Part shown: in pieces, positions 59,001 to 64,000 of the stretch | Position numbering within the stretch: position 1 is the first letter of the stretch | How the letters are laid out: each line of letters begins with the position of its first letter | NCBI GenBank assembly: GCA_002269645.1 | Contig: NIVC01000012.1 | Span: 1,550,001 to 1,614,000, forward strand | DNA: 64,000 bases | Origin: Macrostomum lignano | Taxonomy: Eukaryota | Direction of reading: 5' to 3' | Program-made: the position numbers and the translations under genes | Notes under the pieces: generated by a model | Databases searched by the model: none | Told to the model about the DNA's origin: nothing | What the model saw: only the letters and a program-made list of their open reading frames with translations

Positions 59001-59847
59001 TTTAAGAATTTCTAATTGTGGTGATGGGGCTCAAGGGCTTGGTCTTTTCGTGCCCCTTTCCCAGACCCGGGTTTGCATACTGACCTTGGCTGCAGTCCTC
59101 CACTGACACATGTACAACGTGGTGTCTGTGAGGACTAGGCTACTCAAGCGTACAATGCATGGCAGCCTACAGACTCACATACGATGCAGAGCTGCTTAGG
59201 GTGGGACTGGCATACAATGCACTTAATCCCCCTAAGGTGCTTAGTACAGAGGCAGACCCAAATGACTTGCAGATTGGAAGGCTTACCAGCTGCAATTTCG
59301 GTCGTACAACAAGAAACAGTGCCATCGGAGCAGTGGTACTTATAGTATTGATTGATATTTTTTAAATTGTATTTGTATTGCAATTAATGCTGGCACAATC
59401 ACTGGGGAGCCACGACAATGATGAGAATGGGGTCTCAAGGGGGTCCGAATAAATAGACAGCAAACTGGGGGTTGAGGGTGCAGGATGAAGGCAGAAAAGG
59501 GGACTTAGACACATACATGCGCAACCTCCAAAATTTGGTCAGCCGTGCAACTTACTGTTAACAAAAATGCGACATAGTTTTTGGCCAAAAATCCGACTTA
59601 CATGTAAAAAAACAGTATAAAGCAAAATTAATGCAACTTTGGGTCAACAGCAAGAGTAACTTTGACTGTCTTATTAAGCCAAAATGCCTCGTCAGTTACT
59701 TAGTACTACTACTTGGATGTTTTTTCGGGTGGGCATTTTGGCGACTTCCTTGGTTGGCCGCCAAATCGGTCAGCCGGATCGGCCGACTTGGCCAACTGTT
59801 ACGCATGTATGCTTAGACATCAGCATAGGAAAAACATGAGCCGTACT

Positions 59848-59912
59848 AGCCAATCGTCAGGGCGGAGCATGGCAGACTGGGACTGGCAGCCAATCACAAA
59901 CAGGGGCGGGGC
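59848..59912 (+). promoter_or_regulatory. Two CCAAT plus GC-box modules (promoter-like)
   Basis: AGCCAATCG 59848, GGGCGGAG 59860, AGCCAATCA 59888, GGGGCGGGGC 59903, in a GC-richer island within AT-rich DNA. Confidence 0.4.
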
Positions 59913-61900
59913 AACAAAGCTAACAAAAGAATGGGGTGGGGTTGCACAGGGTGCACACAGAGCAAGGGAGGGTTTGACTAAACGGAAAAGGCCTAGGCAG
60001 GGAGGGGGGTATATACACGCAGAAGTGCAAGTGGGTGAGTCAGAAAATATCTGAGGAGGGAGGAGAGGATGGCTGACTGGCCCGGCGTAGCAACGTAGCA
60101 AAGTATGCACAGTCATAATAACACATTCATGACATAATATATCAGTATAAAAATTCAAATGTTGTAGAGATGTGTCTTAGTTAAAACTACCTAATCACAC
60201 TAGGGCCTATTACCCAATGTTAAAGTAATACCCTGTTTTTTGTGATGTAGCAATTTATTATAGCAAACAATTTAGCTGTCAGTATATAATAAACTATTCA
60301 TTAATTCACTTGTTTCAAATTTTTGCACTCTAAAAATAGAAAGGAATCAAATTCAAGTAAAAGAATAATTCAATGGATAGGTCTATAGGATAGCCCAGAA
60401 ATTAGTTGAAGAGTCTGATTTGGGAAAATAAAGACCTAAAGGAGAGGGCAAAGCGGTTGGCAGTTTTGAGGCAAAAATTTACTTTGTCCCCTTTGGTTTT
60501 TTTCAAGTCTCCATTTAAAGGGTGCAACTGCCTTTGCTTTCCATCCTAGTTATGCCACCATGTGCAATGCCTAGCATAGACTAGTTACAGACTAATGTTA
60601 TAAAATTAGTAAGCCTATGCACTATTTTAATAGCAGTTTTTTTATTCCATTTTTACTAGAATTTTCTAATGGATATTATATAATCATAAGCATAGTAACT
60701 CTAATCAAGTTGTATATGACAAATTCTTATTAAAATTCCTAAACCAAACAAAAAGATTCATTATTTATATTATTGTCAATAATGCATTGTTTTAAAGTCA
60801 ATTTTTTTGTTAAAGTCCATTCTGGAGATAATTCTTCTTTTTCATTTTGTCAATTATCAATGTAGTAGGAACTTAATATTTCTAGAAGTTTTTACTCTAA
60901 ATTCTTATATTTTATATTAAGATTTATATAAAGAAGATAATCTCTTAGCATAGCATAGAAGCTTCAAATTAAATGACTTTTTATAAAAAATACCAAAGTT
61001 ATTAAATATATATCTTTTTTTAAAGTTTTTAGTAAAGTATCTACTTGCATCTAAGTCTTACAAAGAATAAATTTAGCAAAAGAACAAATGGTAAAATATG
61101 TTATTTAAGTCTAGCTATATTCCCTATTGTAGCCTAGGTTTTACCTATGCTAGATACTCCCCTTTCCTATGCCAGACTGTGCTAGTATGCTAGATTGCAC
61201 CTGCCCTGCTAATAAGCAATCTGTGCCAAATGCTAATTGAAAAAATGGCCATTGGCTATAATAGTTAGCTGTATTTGTTGAAGAATTATTTAAATCTTTT
61301 AATTCACATTTATACTAGGGAACTCTGCTTGAAAACAATAAAATTTTGGTATTAAATAATCTATCTGCACAATGAAAAAACTAGGCAAAAGCTCTGTTAG
61401 GTCTAGGCCTCTGCAAAATATTGCTCAAAATTATTAAACCAAAAATCAAGTAGTTAATTGCATTTTGAGCAAAAGTATAATATTCTCATAGATCATATAG
61501 TATAGTCTATAGATATGCTATAGATTGTTAATTGCCTTTAATAAGCTAGAGCTTATCTCTAGATCTCCCCCTTTTTGCTTTTTGTATTGTATAACACATT
61601 TTAGTAAGACCCAATATTCACAGTGTATAGTTTGTGTGATTTTCTTTTTATAGGAAGTAAATCCTCATATAATAAAAAAGAATTAGATCACACTTTAATA
61701 AAAAAGTAGGAAGTTTAATAAGGGACAGCCTATACAATGCAAAGCAATTGTATATGACTAAAAATACAACAAGCACACAACAATGTCATAAGCTTGGTAC
61801 CTAAGCCTTGTACATTTTCTACTTGCTTGTCTTTTTTCTCTGCTCTTTCTTCTAGTTCTCTATCCCTATATCCCCTCTTATTATCAATGCCTCCAACTTC

Positions 61901-63552
61901 ATTTACAGATCCATAGCATCCACTCTAGCTACCATATTTTTCAATTGACTATGCCATCTCTAGAAATAGTTAAATAACATAAATAGTTGCCAGTTATGTG
62001 TGCCATCACTTTTTGACAACCTTGTAGGCTGGTCTTTGATGCCATAAGGATTTAAAATTCTAAAATGCAAAAATAATGGTTGCTGGAATGGTTGCTACAA
62101 TTGTGTGACATGACAGTGAACAGGTATGTGCCGAACCCAAATTCGTAAACTAGGGACCAGAAAAGTACTTAAGGGCAATAAAATTTGGGCAATCAACATA
62201 TAGTGTTTCTTTCATTCAAAGTAAAAGACACAAAAAGTGAATATTTCGCAAGAAAAGTGGCTGCTGATCCAAAATCTGAGTTGGCACAGTTGTGCCAGCT
62301 TGAAATCTATATTCTAGACAAAGGAAACCAAGTGTGCCATAAACCACATTGCATTTGTCTGCAATATTTTAGATACTGTCACCTATTTTGTTATGCCACA
62401 GGCAATGAAATGTCCCTATCTACAGTGTGAGTTTTACCAAACCTAATTCAATAGTTACTGCCAGTGGTACAATTAGGCAAGACTGGTTTGGCCATGTAGC
62501 ATGCCCATTTTCTAGTTCAGTTGCGCCCTGTTGCTTGGCAAAGAAGTTGGGAAAGTTTAGGAAGCGAACCAGAATTCAGTATGCTCAAGTCTATTGCAGT
62601 GAAATAAACTGCCTAGCCACATTCATTGTGGAAGCTAAAGACAAAACCATGATGTCATGGGAGCTGCGGACTACAACTGCACTGCTAGAAAGCCATCCTG
62701 CAGTTCAAACTTGACCACTCACTGGCAAATAGCAATATGAGTTTGTCAGAAAGACATTGTCTTCTAATGCATACAGGGTTGCAAATGCAATTGCTGCCAA
62801 GGAAATCTCTCAGCCAGGTGCCTTCTACTGAAGCCTTTGCATTGGTGCTTTTCGCTTGTGCAGAGCTGAGTTGGGAATTCCAGATTCCGATGACTTGCTT
62901 GAGCTGCAACAACTCAAACAGACACAACAGACAGCATATATTTGGAGTACTATTGTTAACAAGGGACATTAGTCCTGAGAGTAATGTCTTCTTTCATCGA
63001 GCCAAATAAAATCCATACAATGAATTGGTATTAATCTATGTTATTTTATTGACTGTGGCATAACAAAATAGGTGACAGCATCTAAAATATTGCAGACAAA
63101 TGCAATGTGGTTTATGGCACACTTGGTTTCCTTTGTCTAGAATATAGATTTCAAGCTGGCACAACTGTGCCACTCTGATTTTGGATCAGCAGCCACTTTT
63201 CTTGCGAAATATTCACTTTTTGTGTCTTTTACTTTGAATGAAAGAAACACTATATGTTGATTGCCCAAATTTTATTGCCCTTAAGTACTTTTCTGGTCCC
63301 TAGTTTACGAATTTGGGATTGGCTCATACCTGTTCACTGTCATGTCACAATTGTAGCAACCATTCCAGCAACCGGTATTTTTGCATTTCAGAATTATAAA
63401 TCCTTATAGCATCAAAAGCCAGCCTACAAGATTGTCAAAAAGTGATGGCACACACATAACTGGCAACTATTTATGTTATTTAACTATTTCTAGAGATGGC
63501 AGAGTCAATTGAAAAAATCAGTAGCTAGAGTGGATGCTGTGGATCTATAAAT
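61901..63552. mobile_element. Non-autonomous Foldback/Mutator-type element, ~510-bp TIRs, 9-bp TSD TCCAACTTC
   Basis: Arms at 61901-~62410 and ~63044-63552; TSD at 61892-61900 and 63553-63561; ~630-bp core with a stop-interrupted protein-like frame. Confidence 0.9.
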
Positions 63553-64000
63553 TCCAACTTCAACTAAAACACAAGTTTATTTAGCTTAGTTGGCAAAAGT
63601 TGCTGCCTTTTTCAATAAAAGAATGTTCTAATATAGTTTCTAGTCCTTTGGTATTATTTTTAGAAGTTTATACAAATGAGTGACATTATTTATTGTCTTA
63701 TATTTTTGCAATGCATCATCCTATAGGCTATTTATTTATGCTTTGTTTCTTTGGTTACCTTTCTATTCTAAGTATCCAGTTTCCAATAAAGAAAAATATG
63801 TTATATACTATTTAAAGCAAATATTTATTTTGCTATATTTTATGCATTAAAGCAAGTGAGATACAAAGAAAAAAAAGCAAAAAAAAATGTATATGTATAT
63901 AAATTCCATGCTATATTTGTAATCTACTATGGATAATATATTATTGCTTTCCCTAATAAAATCTATATTTTTAATAGATGAATTTAACAATTTATAATAA

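Noticed and set aside
59144-59383. Cys-rich 79-aa ORF (CIVC...CIVC...CH) and the overlapping plus-strand 68-aa ORF
   Set aside because: Zinc-finger-like spacing is incomplete and there are no convincing splice sites; I cannot tell exon from transposon debris.

Overview
This is eukaryotic (animal) genomic DNA, not prokaryotic: it has spliced genes with GT-AG introns, many 13-63 bp minisatellite arrays, and several retro- and DNA transposons. The repeat style would fit a free-living flatworm such as Macrostomum, but that is inference only. Host genes I can support are (1) a two-exon GT32 SUR1/CSG1-like glycosyltransferase, (2) two single-ORF genes of unknown function (23074-23697 minus, 28115-28774 plus), (3) an adhesion GPCR with an uninterrupted CDS and intact GPS site, (4) a 10-exon WDR93 homolog (hand-spliced, all intron phases consistent, 774 aa), and (5) a GH47 alpha-1,2-mannosidase-like gene that has lost most catalytic motifs, nested antisense in WDR93 intron 3. 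Mobile DNA comprises a full-length Loa/R1-group LINE (APE-RT-RNase H) and a 5'-truncated LINE of a different family at the same target site, tRNA-derived SINEs, hAT-type MITEs with 8-bp TSDs, a Foldback/Mutator-type element with ~510-bp TIRs and a 9-bp TSD, and Crypton tyrosine-recombinase relics. The most interesting observations are the two-family same-site LINE insertion, a candidate HDV-like ribozyme in the 5' UTR of the full-length LINE, and an orphan 28S rRNA fragment ending at the R2 target site. All long repetitive ORFs in the track come from stop-free satellites. There is no CRISPR array. All alignments and folds were done by eye; no database searches were run.
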